NCBI GenBank assembly: GCA_964420085.1
Contig: CAYQRI010000001.1
Location: 31,372 to 95,371 of the forward strand
Direction: 5' to 3'
Source of the DNA: an uncultured Ruminiclostridium sp.
GTDB taxonomy: Bacteria; Bacillota; Clostridia; Oscillospirales; Oscillospiraceae
DNA: 64,000 bases
The notes beneath the pieces are model-generated. The model did no database searches. It was not told where the DNA came from and saw nothing but the letters and a program-made list of their open reading frames with translations. The position numbers and the translations under genes were made by a program. Positions 8,395 through 18,659 of the stretch are shown here, piece after piece. How positions within the stretch are numbered: position 1 is the first letter of the stretch; each line of letters starts with the position of its first letter.

Positions 8395-8511
8395 TGCATC
8401 TGGCTTCTAACCGTCGGATGCTTCGGTATAGGTTGGATTGTAGACCTTGTAAACCTCTGCACCAGAAGATTCACAAAAAAAGATGGATCTATGTGGATTA
8501 CAGAGCCATAA
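8395..8511 (+). pseudogene. TM2 (NINE) domain gene remnant
   Basis: Frame reads CIWLLTVGCFGIGWIVDLVNLCTRRFTKKDGSMWITEP*, a typical TM2 C-terminal half; no start codon or first helix found upstream. Confidence 0.55.
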
Positions 8512-8720
8512 GCAACCAATGGGAGGAATTCTACTACTGTAAGAACGGCAAATGTTGCTGCTTTATTCTGGAAATCAACGGTCAAGGTCACGTCGTTATC
8601 TTCGAAATTCCCGCTTGCTGATATATTACATCTTGTGGTATCATAGGTATGTCCTTAGATAGAAAATACGACTCGTACCAAACCAACAATCACCGCACAC
8701 TGCGGTAAAGGAGAGAAATT

Positions 8721-9494
8721 ATGTATCAGATCTCAAATTTCATGGATAACGATGACGTAAAAACACTATCCAGCTTAGGTCCCTTTTCTATAATTGAATA
8801 TCAGCGTGATCTTAGCGTCATGCCCGACTCTGCCATGGTAGCATACTACAGCAGCCAAATGAACGTGCGGAAGCGTCAGCTGGTCTGTGATTTGAAGCAG
8901 GCCAACGTCACCATACAAGCCGGTGCCATGCAGTGGATGCTTGGTAATGTCAATGCTACCACAGGTATCAAAGGCGTGGGTGACTTTTTCGGAAAAGCCA
9001 TTCGTGGCAAGGCCACCGGCGAATCCACCATTAAGCCAGAATACACAGGTGACGGTATTCTGGTTCTGGAGCCTACCTACCGTCACCTTATCCTGATTGA
9101 TACCACCGACTGGAACGGCTCTCTTATTTTGGATGATGGTCTCTTCCTCGCCTGTGATTCTAGCTTGAAGCAAAAGGCCGTAATGCGTTCGAACCTTTCC
9201 TCTGCTGCAATGGGCGGAGAAGGCTTGTTCAATCTCAGTCTGAACGGCAGCGGTGTTGTCTGCATCGAATCCGATTGCCCCCGTGAAGAATTGATTGAAA
9301 TTACCTTGCAGAACGATACACTCAAGGTAGATGGCAATATGGTCCTAGCTTGGAGCAGCAGCTTGGAATTCACCGTAGAGCGTTCGGGCAAATCCTTGAT
9401 TGGCTCGGCAGCCTCGGGCGAAGGGCTTGTGAATGTCTATCGCGGCACCGGCAAGCTCCTCATGGCACCGATCAATCACTTGGTTGATTTATAA
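8721..9494 (+). CDS. AIM24 (DUF124/TRAP-like) family protein
   Basis: QAGAMQWM, GGEGLFNLSLNGSG, VDGNMVLAWSSSLEFTVE, ASGEGLVNVYRGTG; AAGGAG RBS. Confidence 0.85.
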   Translation: MYQISNFMDNDDVKTLSSLGPFSIIEYQRDLSVMPDSAMVAYYSSQMNVRKRQLVCDLKQANVTIQAGAMQWMLGNVNATTGIKGVGDFFGKAIRGKATGESTIKPEYTGDGILVLEPTYRHLILIDTTDWNGSLILDDGLFLACDSSLKQKAVMRSNLSSAAMGGEGLFNLSLNGSGVVCIESDCPREELIEITLQNDTLKVDGNMVLAWSSSLEFTVERSGKSLIGSAASGEGLVNVYRGTGKLLMAPINHLVDL

Positions 9495-9541
9495 TCCCTT
9501 CCTACATAATTAAAAGGTGCCTTACAGCCTATACCTAGAGT

Positions 9542-9680
9542 GGGGCTGTAAAAAAGTTGGAATCCCTAAAAACAGAGAAACAAATCCCAGCAGAAAACGA
9601 GAGATTTCTCGCCTTCTGCTGGGATTTTTCTAACGTATACGATAAGTTCTTTGTTTGAAACTAGACTTTTTTAGCGCCCC
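9542..9680. mobile_element. 139-bp MITE-like element or IS end remnant enclosing a terminator hairpin
   Basis: Imperfect 16-bp TIRs GGGGCTGTAAAAAAGT (9542-9557) and ACTTTTTTAGCGCCCC (9665-9680), 14/16 match; internal hairpin at 9582-9628. Confidence 0.45.
9582..9628. terminator. Bidirectional terminator-like hairpin between the convergent AIM24 gene and recQ
   Basis: AAATCCCAGCAGAA...TTCTGCTGGGATTTTT. Confidence 0.7.
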
Positions 9681-9688
9681 GTTCGATA

Positions 9689-11542
9689 TTAAACGCTACT
9701 TTCAGTGGCCCACACTTCTATCTCTTCTAAAAATGTTTTGCCATACCGCTCCGCCTTCACCGCACCAACACCGGAAACCTCTAAAAATTCCGCAAGGCTT
9801 CTCGGTTGACGGGACGCCATATCGACCAACGCCGCATTTGAGAACACAATATAGGATGGGACATTTTCCTCCTGTGCCAGCCTTGTCCGCAGGGCTTTTA
9901 GCCTGCCAAACAGCTCCTGATTGGCCTCCGCTGGCAGAGGCACGCTCTCCTTCTTTGCCGCCTTTTCCGCAATACTTGCCCTTCGCCAAGTGTAGGTCAC
10001 ACGCTCTCCATGAAAAAGCACCTGCTTGGCCTGTTCTGCCATATGAAGAACAGGATATTCCTCCCCCGACAAGGCAAGATAGCCACCACGGATTAAAAAG
10101 TCAATATAGTCCCGAATCTGGATGCGGCTAAGGTCACCCATAATCCCATAGGTTGGAAGCTGATCCAGACCCAGCTCCAGCACCCTTTTTTCCTTGCTGC
10201 CGTGCAGCATACGGACGATCAGCGTGATCCCCAATCCATAAGGATATTTTTTCTTCACACGAGCAACCGCAGATAGGATTTTCTGTGCCTCTATAGTAAT
10301 ATCCTGCTCTACTATTTCTTGGTTACAGTTGCCGCAATTCCCGCAAGGCTGCTGCTCGGTCTCTCCAAAGTAGGAAAGCATATAGGAGCGCAGGCAGGCG
10401 GTCGTTTTACAATAGCCGATCATCTGCTCCAAGCGCTGCAACTCCTTTTCCCGCACCACGCCCCGTTCCTCCTCGGAAAGTGTCTCGTGCTCCTTGGCAC
10501 TATCCAGAAGAAAGCGTGCAGACCGGATATCTCCTGCCGAAAATAACAGGACACAATGTGCTTTTTCGCCATCTCGCCCTGCTCGTCCCGCCTCTTGATA
10601 ATAGCTCTCCAGATTTTTCGGCATATTATAATGAACCACAAAGCTGACGTTGGACTTGTCGATTCCCATGCCAAAGGCGTTGGTTGCCACCATCACCCTC
10701 GCCCGATCGTAGACAAAATCCTCTTGATTATGTTTGCGTTCATTTGCTTCCAAGCCTGCATGATAGCGTGTGGCGGCGATGCCACTTTTTCGCAGGCTCT
10801 CACAAACTGACTCCACCGATTTTCTGGATGCACAGTAGACAATGCCACTCTGCTGCGCTCTCTCTGCAAGAAAGGTATGTAGATAGCTCCCTTTATTTTT
10901 GGGTGTCACCACCTCAAAATAGAGATTGGGGCGATCGAAGCCCGTGGTGATACAATAGGGTTCCTCTAATCGTAATAGCTTTTCAATATCCTCCCGAACC
11001 TCTGCGGTAGCGGTGGCCGTGAAGGCTGCTACAATGGGACGCTGGGGCAGGGATGCAACAAAGGAAGCAATGTTCAGATAGCTTGGACGAAAATCCTGCC
11101 CCCACTGAGAGACACAATGTGCCTCATCCACCGCAAGGAGAGATACCTCCATGGTTTGGGAGACTCTCTGAAATTCGAGAGTCTCCAAACGCTCCGGCGC
11201 CACATAGATGATTTTATACTTCCCTCCTTGGGCACGCTCCAGCACCTGACTGCACTGCGCAAAGGAGAGGGATGAATTGATGTAAGCGGCAGGAATTCCT
11301 GCCTGAGAAAGTGCAGCCACTTGATCCTTCATCAGCGAAATGAGGGGAGAAATCACCAAGGTGATCCCAGGAAGCAAAAGCGCCGGAAGCTGATAGCAAA
11401 TAGACTTCCCCGCCCCGGTTGGCATCACGCCCAAGGCATCCCGATGGGATAAGAGCGCATCAATCAGCGACTCTTGCCCCAGCCGAAAGCTGCTGTGACC
11501 AAAATATTGCTTCAACACTTCATATTTTTGAATGGGTATCAC
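9689..11542 (-). CDS. recQ: ATP-dependent DNA helicase RecQ
   Basis: MPTGAGKSICYQ, YVAPERL, VDEAHCVSQWGQDFRPSY, ATNAFGMGIDK, YYQEAGRAGRDG, Zn-binding Cys, RQC and HRDC domains. Confidence 0.97.
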   Translation of the reverse strand: MIPIQKYEVLKQYFGHSSFRLGQESLIDALLSHRDALGVMPTGAGKSICYQLPALLLPGITLVISPLISLMKDQVAALSQAGIPAAYINSSLSFAQCSQVLERAQGGKYKIIYVAPERLETLEFQRVSQTMEVSLLAVDEAHCVSQWGQDFRPSYLNIASFVASLPQRPIVAAFTATATAEVREDIEKLLRLEEPYCITTGFDRPNLYFEVVTPKNKGSYLHTFLAERAQQSGIVYCASRKSVESVCESLRKSGIAATRYHAGLEANERKHNQEDFVYDRARVMVATNAFGMGIDKSNVSFVVHYNMPKNLESYYQEAGRAGRDGEKAHCVLLFSAGDIRSARFLLDSAKEHETLSEEERGVVREKELQRLEQMIGYCKTTACLRSYMLSYFGETEQQPCGNCGNCNQEIVEQDITIEAQKILSAVARVKKKYPYGLGITLIVRMLHGSKEKRVLELGLDQLPTYGIMGDLSRIQIRDYIDFLIRGGYLALSGEEYPVLHMAEQAKQVLFHGERVTYTWRRASIAEKAAKKESVPLPAEANQELFGRLKALRTRLAQEENVPSYIVFSNAALVDMASRQPRSLAEFLEVSGVGAVKAERYGKTFLEEIEVWATESSV

Positions 11543-12195
11543 CGTCCTAATTCCGATAAGTCGAAGGTATCTGCCCAGCCTTGCAGGTGTTCGATGAACC
11601 GTGAGATGTGGAAGCCATCACAAACGGCATGATGAACCTGAATGGCAAGCGGCAGCAAAACCTGATTCTTTTCTTCCGTAAATTTCCCCAGTGTGAAAAT
11701 GGGCAGCAGATGCTCATAGCCCTTCTGTAAATTCAGGTTGAGTGCTTGGAAGCTTGTCCAAGGCACGCAGGATACATGAAATAGATTGCCGTCCTGTTCG
11801 CTCTGGTCTCCGTTGCGCTCTCCTCGCCGTTTCTGGATATCGTGGCGGTAGCGTTCAATAAAGACGTTGTAGTCTGGGCTATAGTCCGTCTGTGCCGTGG
11901 TAAAGGCTTCCGTTTCCGGATGAAACACCGTGTAGCTTGGATTGACTGACGCATAATATCCAAGGTCCCCCTCTGCATCAAAGTCCATTCGAAATTCTGG
12001 AAACGTATTGACGGCACGAGAAATGCCATATAATAGCGTGGGAAATAAGGCAATATGATCCTGTTTCTTATTTTCCATCAGTTTAGTGATATCCAATTGG
12101 ATTGTCATGCTATAGGTGCAGGGGTTATCCTCGAAAAAGGTACGGTAGGTCTCTGCCCTGCTCCAGGTCTCCAGATTGATCTTAGTAAACGTCAT
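11539..12195 (-). CDS. catA: Type A chloramphenicol O-acetyltransferase family protein
   Basis: VHHAVCDGFH catalytic motif, plus CTYSMT, SCVPWTSF and PIFTLGKF; GAGGAGG RBS. Confidence 0.88.
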   Translation of the reverse strand: MTFTKINLETWSRAETYRTFFEDNPCTYSMTIQLDITKLMENKKQDHIALFPTLLYGISRAVNTFPEFRMDFDAEGDLGYYASVNPSYTVFHPETEAFTTAQTDYSPDYNVFIERYRHDIQKRRGERNGDQSEQDGNLFHVSCVPWTSFQALNLNLQKGYEHLLPIFTLGKFTEEKNQVLLPLAIQVHHAVCDGFHISRFIEHLQGWADTFDLSELGR

Positions 12196-12309
12196 ACCTT
12201 GCCTCCTCAGGCATTCCTGTGTAGTCTACGACTATTTCTAACGCTCTTAGAAGAAGTATAGCACATTTACTAAAAAATAGCCCCCTATTTCTCTCCTTCT
12301 CCCAAAAGG

Positions 12310-12347
12310 CAACCCCTCGAACGCCGTTCTTAGCTTTCGAGGGGTTG
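12310..12347 (-). terminator. Intrinsic terminator after tyrS
   Basis: CAACCCCTCGAA...TTCGAGGGGTTG inverted repeat. Confidence 0.7.
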
Positions 12348-12387
12348 TTTCTTATACTGGCTTGCTACAAGAATTCGTTGATTTATC

Positions 12388-13617
12388 TTATGCTTCCAAA
12401 TAGGCTCTGTGGAAGACCTTCTTTCCCTTTTTGAGGACAACACCTTCTCCGGACAGCGCCTCTTTTTCAACGGTCTGGGCAACGTCGGTTACTTTTGCGC
12501 CGGCAATTTCTACGCCGCCCTGCTGCACCAAACGTCTGGCTTCTCCCTTGGAGGGTACCAGACCACACTTGAGCATCAGCTCTAAAACGGGAATGCTGCC
12601 GTCTGTGAGGTCGGCGGCGGTGAGTGCGGTGGCAGGCATATTGGCGACATCACCGCCCTTAGAGAACAAACCCTTGGCTGTCTCCTGTGCCTTTGTTGCT
12701 TCCTCCTCGCCGTGCACCAGCTTGGTCAGCTCAAAGGCGAGGATTTCCTTTGCCGTATTCAGCTGAGCGCCCTCCCAAGCATCCATCTTGTTGATTTCCT
12801 CCACGGGCAGGAAGGTCAGCATCCGAATGCACTTCAAGACATCGTTGTCACCCACATTCCGCCAGTACTGGTAAAACTCATAGGGAGAGGTCTTATTCGG
12901 ATCGAGCCAAACGGCACCGGATGCGGTTTTACCCATCTTGTTGCCTTCGGAGTTCAGCAGCAGGGTGATGGTCATGGCATAGGCATCCTTACCGGTTTTA
13001 CGGCGAATGAGGTCAGTGCCGCCCAGCATATTAGACCACTGGTCGTCGCCGCCGAACTGCATATTACAGCCGTAGTTCTGGAAGAGATAGTAGAAGTCAT
13101 AGGACTGCATAATCATATAGTTAAATTCAAAGAAGGACAGTCCCTTCTCCATACGCTGCTTATAGCATTCTGCACGCAGCATATTGTTGACAGAGAAGCA
13201 GGAGCCGACATCACGCAGCAGCTCAATATAGTTGAGGTTCAAGAGCCAATCGGCATTGTTCACCATGATTGCCTTGCCCTCACCGAAGTCGATGAAGCGC
13301 TCCATCTGCTTGCGGAAGCATTCACAGTTGTGGTTGATGGTTTCGGGTGTCATCATTTGACGCATATCGGTACGGCCGGAGGGGTCACCGATCATACCGG
13401 TACCGCCGCCCACCAAAACCACGGGGCGGTTTCCTGCCATTTGCAGGCGCTTCATCAGGCACAGTGCCATAAAATGTCCCACATGAAGGCTGTCTGCGGT
13501 GGGGTCGAAGCCGATATAAAACACAGCCTTGCCGTTGTTGATCAGTTCCCTGATTTCGGGTTCGTCGGTGACCTGTGCAATCAGACCACGGGCTTGCAAT
13601 TCTTCATAGATTTTCAT
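12388..13617 (-). CDS. tyrS: Tyrosine--tRNA ligase
   Basis: [15 protein letters not shown] (HIGH-like), GGDDQW, KMGKT and a C-terminal S4-like domain; start at MKIYEEL. Confidence 0.98.
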   Translation of the reverse strand: MKIYEELQARGLIAQVTDEPEIRELINNGKAVFYIGFDPTADSLHVGHFMALCLMKRLQMAGNRPVVLVGGGTGMIGDPSGRTDMRQMMTPETINHNCECFRKQMERFIDFGEGKAIMVNNADWLLNLNYIELLRDVGSCFSVNNMLRAECYKQRMEKGLSFFEFNYMIMQSYDFYYLFQNYGCNMQFGGDDQWSNMLGGTDLIRRKTGKDAYAMTITLLLNSEGNKMGKTASGAVWLDPNKTSPYEFYQYWRNVGDNDVLKCIRMLTFLPVEEINKMDAWEGAQLNTAKEILAFELTKLVHGEEEATKAQETAKGLFSKGGDVANMPATALTAADLTDGSIPVLELMLKCGLVPSKGEARRLVQQGGVEIAGAKVTDVAQTVEKEALSGEGVVLKKGKKVFHRAYLEA

Positions 13618-13671
13618 GATAGTATATCTCCTTTTCCTATCTCGCACCAAGGCGAAGGGTGCAGGGGAGCA

Positions 13672-13975
13672 TAAAAAAACGTCCCCTGTCGTGTTAAGAC
13701 AGAGGACGATGACAGCTTAGTATCGTGGTACCACCTCTATTTACTTCTTTCTCACGAAAGAAGCCTCATGGACTTTGCAAAACTTCAGAGCCTCAGTTCA
13801 GACAAAATCCCAACGCAGTAACGGGCGTACCCGACGTACCCTACTACTTCCCCATACGGAAGGTTCAAGCAGTTGCTCCAGGAGGTAACTTCACCCGTGC
13901 CGCTCTCCCCCTTTCACCAAACGGGGGTTCTCTATGCAGCAAAACACCGGTTACTTCTTCCCTTCATCACAGTGG
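13672..13975 (-). ncRNA. T-box riboswitch (Tyr specifier)
   Basis: Minus strand: stem I with AGAGA and GGTGAAA motifs, specifier GAAGT-TAC-C (UAC at 13885-13887), T-box AATAGAGGTGGTACCACG, terminator CGTCCTCTGTC...GACAGGGGACG-TTTTTT. Confidence 0.92.
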
Positions 13976-14017
13976 CAGTCTCGGCAGACTTGAGAGTCTG
14001 CCGTTTAAACTGTGCCC

Positions 14018-14046
14018 ATTGTAACGGATTCCCCTCCCTTTGTCAA
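14018..14046 (-). promoter_or_regulatory. sigmaA promoter of the tyrS leader
   Basis: TTGACA-N17-TACAAT. Confidence 0.8.
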
Positions 14047-14185
14047 CCACTTTGCGGCTGAGAGCCGCTTCTAATTCGAGAATGCAGCGTTGGGTCGATT
14101 GAATATCAACTCCCCCCTTGGGCACAAAAGTGAATGGTACAACAAACCTACAAACTCGAGATCAACAGCGGGCTTCGCCCGCCTT

Positions 14186-14761
14186 TTATTTTCCTTGCCC
14201 TAAGGCAAATGCCGTTTTATTCAGCTCTAAGACCTTAGCAGGAACATTCGCTACCAAAGCATCCTGCCAAGCCTCCGCAGAGATTGCGGGGAAATAGTGG
14301 GACAGACGACCCATCAGCACCATATTCACCGCCTTGGTAGAGCCTGCCTGCTCGGCCAGCTTCAGGCAGTCCAGTGCATCCACCTGAATGCCTTGTGCCT
14401 GCATCTTTTCCACCAAATTTTCGGGATAGGTTGCCAAGCCGGCAATGACCGGCATCGGCTCCATCTGCTGGGTATTGGTCACAATGCGACCGGTTGGCTT
14501 TAAGTATTCAATCCAACGAGCCGCTTCGAGAAGCTCAAAGGAGACAATGTAGTCTGCCTCCCCCTTGTCGATGATGGGAGAATAGACCTTGTCCCCGAAG
14601 CGAACATAGGTCACCACGCTGCCGCCTCTTTGGCTCATGCCGTGAACCTCGGAGACCTTGACATCATAGCCTTCCTTCACCAATAAGTAACCCAACATTT
14701 TAGAAGCCAGCAGGGAGCCTTGACCACCCACACCGACAATCATAATATTCACCGTTTCCAT
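14186..14761 (-). CDS. iorB: Indolepyruvate:ferredoxin oxidoreductase beta subunit
   Basis: METVNIMIVGVGGQGSLLAS, SEVHGMSQRGGSV. Confidence 0.92.
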   Translation of the reverse strand: METVNIMIVGVGGQGSLLASKMLGYLLVKEGYDVKVSEVHGMSQRGGSVVTYVRFGDKVYSPIIDKGEADYIVSFELLEAARWIEYLKPTGRIVTNTQQMEPMPVIAGLATYPENLVEKMQAQGIQVDALDCLKLAEQAGSTKAVNMVLMGRLSHYFPAISAEAWQDALVANVPAKVLELNKTAFALGQGK

Positions 14762-14775
14762 TTTGCTTTTCCTCC

Positions 14776-16500
14776 TTAGCTCTTGAGGGCATCTCGGTGG
14801 CACATCTGCATACACACCTGACAACCGACACACTGTGTTTTATCTATCTCCACCTTGCCCTCTCGCAAAACGAGTGCAGGACATCCAATCTTCATACAAA
14901 GCCCACAGCCATTGCATTTATCTGCATCCACCTTCAGGGGCGGTGCTTTTTTCACACTTTTCAGCATCACGCAAGGACGGCGGGAGATGATGACCGACGG
15001 CTCCTCGGCGACCAATTCTTCCTTCAGAATTTGCTCCACCGCCTTGAGCTCGTACGGATCGACCACTCGAACCCGACGGAAGCCAACGGCATGGCAGAGA
15101 GCTTCCAGATCAATCTGACCGGCTGGCTCGCCACGCAGGGTGTAGCCTGTGGTGGGGTTTTGCTGATGCCCCGTCATTCCTGTGATGGAGTTATCGAGAA
15201 TAATGACGGTGGAATTGCTCTTATTATAGGCAATATCCGCAATACCTGTGATGCCGGAATGGGCAAAGGTAGAGTCACCAATCACCGCAACGCTTCGCTT
15301 TTCATGGTCGGCACCGCCTGCGATATTAAAGCCATGCAGACCAGAGCAGGAGGCACCCATGCAGACGTTCAAATCCAAAGCGTTCAGCGGCGGCATGACT
15401 CCTAAAGTATAACACCCAATGTCGCCATATACCATACATTTATGCTTGGAAAGCATATAAAAAACGCCGCGATGCGGACAGCCGGCACACATAACCGGCG
15501 GACGATTGGGAATGTCATCAGTCAGAGCGACGGTTTCCTTTGCCGTCTGCGCCGTACACTGTGCCAGAATCCCCTGTGTCAGCTCACCGATCATGGGGAT
15601 GCAATCTTTTCCGGAAACCTCCACGCCGATCTGACGGCAGTGGTTTTCGATAATCGGCTCCAATTCCTCAACGACCAGCACACGGTCAACCTTAGAAGCA
15701 AAGTCCTTGATCTTCTGCACAGGCATTGGCCAGGAAAGCCCCAGCTTCAGCACACTGACCGTATCCCCCCAAAGCTCTTTCACGTACTGATAGCTTGTGG
15801 AGGATGTGATGATACCCAACGAGGTACCGCCCATCTCCACTCGATTGAGGTCGGTGGTCTCGGCAAATTCAGTCATCGTCCTGGTGCGTTCCTCCACGCG
15901 AATATGTGCCTTCATGGAGTTTGTGGTCATCATCACCCGTTCGGGGTTTTTGACATAGGGGCGCTGCGGCACTTCCTGTCTCTCCCCCGCCGTTACGATG
16001 CTCTGCGAATGGGAAATACGGGTACACATCCGCACCAAGATAGGGGTGCGATAGGTCTCCGACAGGGCAAATGCCCGCTTTGTAAAGTCCAGTGCCTCCT
16101 GCGAATCGGAAGGTTCCAGCATCGGCACCTTGGCGGCAATCGCATAATGTCTGGAATCCTGCTCGTTTTGAGAGGAGAACATTCCCGGGTCATCGGCAAC
16201 GCAGATCACCAATCCAGCCTCCACGCCCTGATACGAAATGGTAAACAGCGGGTCTGCCGCTACGTTTAAGCCGACGTGCTTCATGCAGCAAGCGGAACGC
16301 TTGCCGCCCACGGCGGCACCGTGTGCGACCTCCAAGGCGACCTTTTCATTGGGTGCCCATTCACAATACACTTCGGGATAGTGCGCTGCTTCCTCTGTAA
16401 TCTCCGTGCTTGGCGTGCCCGGATAGCTGGAAATGACACAGCAACCGGCTTCATATAATCCACGGGCAACTGCCTTGTTGCCCAGCATGAGTTCTTTCAT
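14776..16500 (-). CDS. iorA: Indolepyruvate:ferredoxin oxidoreductase alpha subunit
   Basis: SYPGTPSTE, WAPNEKVALE, MKHVGLNVAAD, CAGCPHR, GDIGCYTL, TPP motif GDSTF and C-terminal 2x[4Fe-4S] motifs. Confidence 0.95.
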   Translation of the reverse strand: MKELMLGNKAVARGLYEAGCCVISSYPGTPSTEITEEAAHYPEVYCEWAPNEKVALEVAHGAAVGGKRSACCMKHVGLNVAADPLFTISYQGVEAGLVICVADDPGMFSSQNEQDSRHYAIAAKVPMLEPSDSQEALDFTKRAFALSETYRTPILVRMCTRISHSQSIVTAGERQEVPQRPYVKNPERVMMTTNSMKAHIRVEERTRTMTEFAETTDLNRVEMGGTSLGIITSSTSYQYVKELWGDTVSVLKLGLSWPMPVQKIKDFASKVDRVLVVEELEPIIENHCRQIGVEVSGKDCIPMIGELTQGILAQCTAQTAKETVALTDDIPNRPPVMCAGCPHRGVFYMLSKHKCMVYGDIGCYTLGVMPPLNALDLNVCMGASCSGLHGFNIAGGADHEKRSVAVIGDSTFAHSGITGIADIAYNKSNSTVIILDNSITGMTGHQQNPTTGYTLRGEPAGQIDLEALCHAVGFRRVRVVDPYELKAVEQILKEELVAEEPSVIISRRPCVMLKSVKKAPPLKVDADKCNGCGLCMKIGCPALVLREGKVEIDKTQCVGCQVCMQMCHRDALKS

Positions 16501-16511
16501 GATGACCTCCG

Positions 16512-16832
16512 TCATTTATCTTTATCTTCTGTAAGCGCGGGGGATTCCTCCGCCATACGATCCATAACCTCTCCCAAGGCACCTGTTCCATAGTTCAGGG
16601 CACGGTTGACTCGACTGATGGTTGCCGAGCTGGCTCCGGTCTCATTGAGAATGGTAGTATATACCTTGCCATCGTGGAGCATTTTTGCCACATCGAATCG
16701 CTGTTCCATCGCCCGCAGTTCTGTTACCGCACACAGGTCATCGAAAAAACGACAACATTCCTCTATGCTGCCAAGTGCCATAATGTGCTCATATAACGCA
16801 ATGCTGCGTTCCTTTTTTCTTGTTTTGGCCAT
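16512..16832 (-). CDS. YerC/YecD family TrpR-related protein
   Basis: FFDDLCAVTELRAMEQRFDVAKML...TGASSATISRVNRALNYG. Confidence 0.88.
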   Translation of the reverse strand: MAKTRKKERSIALYEHIMALGSIEECCRFFDDLCAVTELRAMEQRFDVAKMLHDGKVYTTILNETGASSATISRVNRALNYGTGALGEVMDRMAEESPALTEDKDK

Positions 16833-16884
16833 ACCGTTCTCCGTTCTGCGTCTTTATCCTACGAAGGCTTGCTTGTAGGCAGCA

Positions 16885-18519
16885 TCAGCCTCGGTTTTGC
16901 TGTGCCACCAGGCAATCTGCACCATAGCGCTTCCGCAGGACAGGCTTTTCAATCTTACCGGTCGCATTTCTGGGAATCTCTGCAAAAATAATCTGACGGG
17001 GACGCTTGTAACGGGGCAGATCCAAGCAGAAGTCTCGCAGCTCCTCCTCTGTGCAGGTCATGCCGTCCTTCACTTCCACAATCGCACCGCAGATTTCGCC
17101 CAGACGCTTATCAGGCAGACCAATGACAGCCACATCCTTGACCTTGGCATTGGCACGCAGGAAGTCCTCGATCTGGACAGGATAGATATTCTCGCCGCCA
17201 CTGACCACGACATCCTTTTTCCGGTCAACCAAGAAATAAAATCCGTCCCTGTCCTGCATAGCCATATCGCCCGTAAACAACCAGCCATCCTTCAGAACCT
17301 CTGCGGTTGCTTCGGGGTTGTTATAATAACAGGTCATGAGTCCCGGTCCCTTGACGCAAAGCTCGCCTACGCCGCCCTGCGGAACGGTCTGACCGTTTTC
17401 GTCCACAACCTTGACTTCCCAGCGATAGCCCGGCACACCAATGGCGCCGACCTTATGGACGTTTTCCAGACCAAGATGGACACAGCCCGGCCCTGTGGAC
17501 TCAGACAAACCATAGTTTGTATCATAGAGGTGTTTGGGGAAGTATTCCTTCCAGCGGCGAATCAGAGAAGGCGGCACGGGCTGTGCCCCGATATGCATCA
17601 GCTTCCACTGATCCAGCTTATAGTCTGCAATCTGAATATCGCCTCGATCCAAGGCATCTAAAATATCCTGTGCCCACGGCACCAAAAGCCAAACAAGGCT
17701 GCATTGCTCATCGGAAACCGCTCTTAAAATCACATCGGGTGTGGTACCCTTTAAAAGCACCGCCTTGCCGCCGGCAATTAAGCTGCCCATCCAATGAAAC
17801 TTAGCACCCGTATGATAGAGGGGCGGAATGCAGAGAAATACATCGTCGTGGGTGATTTGGTGATGCTTCTGCTCCATCTCAGCAGCTTGGGTCAAGCTGA
17901 GGTGTTTGTGCAAAATCGCCTTAGGGAAGCCAGTGGTGCCGGAGGAGAAATAAATTGCACCGTCGTCCTCGTCTGTAATCAGCACCTGAGGTGGCGCCGA
18001 GGAGCAGTCGGCAGAAAGCTCTCGATAGCTCTCTGCAAAGGTCGGGCAGTTATCTCCCACATAAATGAGCAGTCTTCCCTTGCTGAGCTTTTCTGCCACA
18101 CTTTCAATACGTCCGATAAACTCTGAGCCAAAGACCAAAACCTGAACCTCTGCCAGATCGGCACAGTACTGAATCTCGTCGGCGGAGTAACGGAAGTTAA
18201 AGGGCACAGCCAAGGCTCCTGTTTTGAGAATACCGAAATAAATGGGGAGCCACTCCAAGCAGTTATACATGAGGATTGCAACCTTATCCCCCTTTTTCAC
18301 GCCACGAGACAGCAGCATATTGGCAAAGCGATTTGCTTTTTCATTGAATACGTTCCAAGTAATTTCCCGACGGAACGGTTCATCGCTGGTCTGCTGAATG
18401 AGGTCATATTCCTTCCATGTCATGCGGCGATTGTCGGTCACTTCTGGGTTCAGCTCCACAAGTGCGGTCTCATTGCCATAGAGCTTTACATTTCTCTCTA
18501 AAAAGTCGGTAACGGGCAT
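16885..18519 (-). CDS. Class I adenylate-forming enzyme (acyl-CoA synthetase/ligase)
   Basis: YFSSGTTGFPKA, YGLSES, TGDMA, DRKKDVVVSGGENIYP, PRNATGKI; start at MPVTDFL. Confidence 0.92.
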   Translation of the reverse strand: MPVTDFLERNVKLYGNETALVELNPEVTDNRRMTWKEYDLIQQTSDEPFRREITWNVFNEKANRFANMLLSRGVKKGDKVAILMYNCLEWLPIYFGILKTGALAVPFNFRYSADEIQYCADLAEVQVLVFGSEFIGRIESVAEKLSKGRLLIYVGDNCPTFAESYRELSADCSSAPPQVLITDEDDGAIYFSSGTTGFPKAILHKHLSLTQAAEMEQKHHQITHDDVFLCIPPLYHTGAKFHWMGSLIAGGKAVLLKGTTPDVILRAVSDEQCSLVWLLVPWAQDILDALDRGDIQIADYKLDQWKLMHIGAQPVPPSLIRRWKEYFPKHLYDTNYGLSESTGPGCVHLGLENVHKVGAIGVPGYRWEVKVVDENGQTVPQGGVGELCVKGPGLMTCYYNNPEATAEVLKDGWLFTGDMAMQDRDGFYFLVDRKKDVVVSGGENIYPVQIEDFLRANAKVKDVAVIGLPDKRLGEICGAIVEVKDGMTCTEEELRDFCLDLPRYKRPRQIIFAEIPRNATGKIEKPVLRKRYGADCLVAQQNRG

Positions 18520-18659
18520 ATGTACAACAATCCTTTCCTCCCCACCTGTGTGGAGTCGTTTGCAGTGTATTCTACGACGTTTCCATAAAAGCACGGTACG
18601 GTATTTTTATGGAAGCGCCGTATTGATCCATTCTTTCAAGTTATGCACTTCACAGCTTT

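Noticed and set aside
8418-8621. 67-aa Cys/Lys-rich plus-strand ORF
   Set aside because: No RBS, and it overlaps the TM2 remnant in another frame; likely spurious.
11539-12195. cat as a mobile resistance cassette
   Set aside because: No transposase, resolvase, att site or flanking repeats; embedded between tyrS and recQ.
12712-13674. Long plus-strand ORFs antisense to real genes (also 394-1218, 21361-22425, 22958-24052, 28934-30142, 32030-33004, 61013-62149)
   Set aside because: Shadow frames of well-supported minus-strand genes, with no RBS or recognisable motifs.
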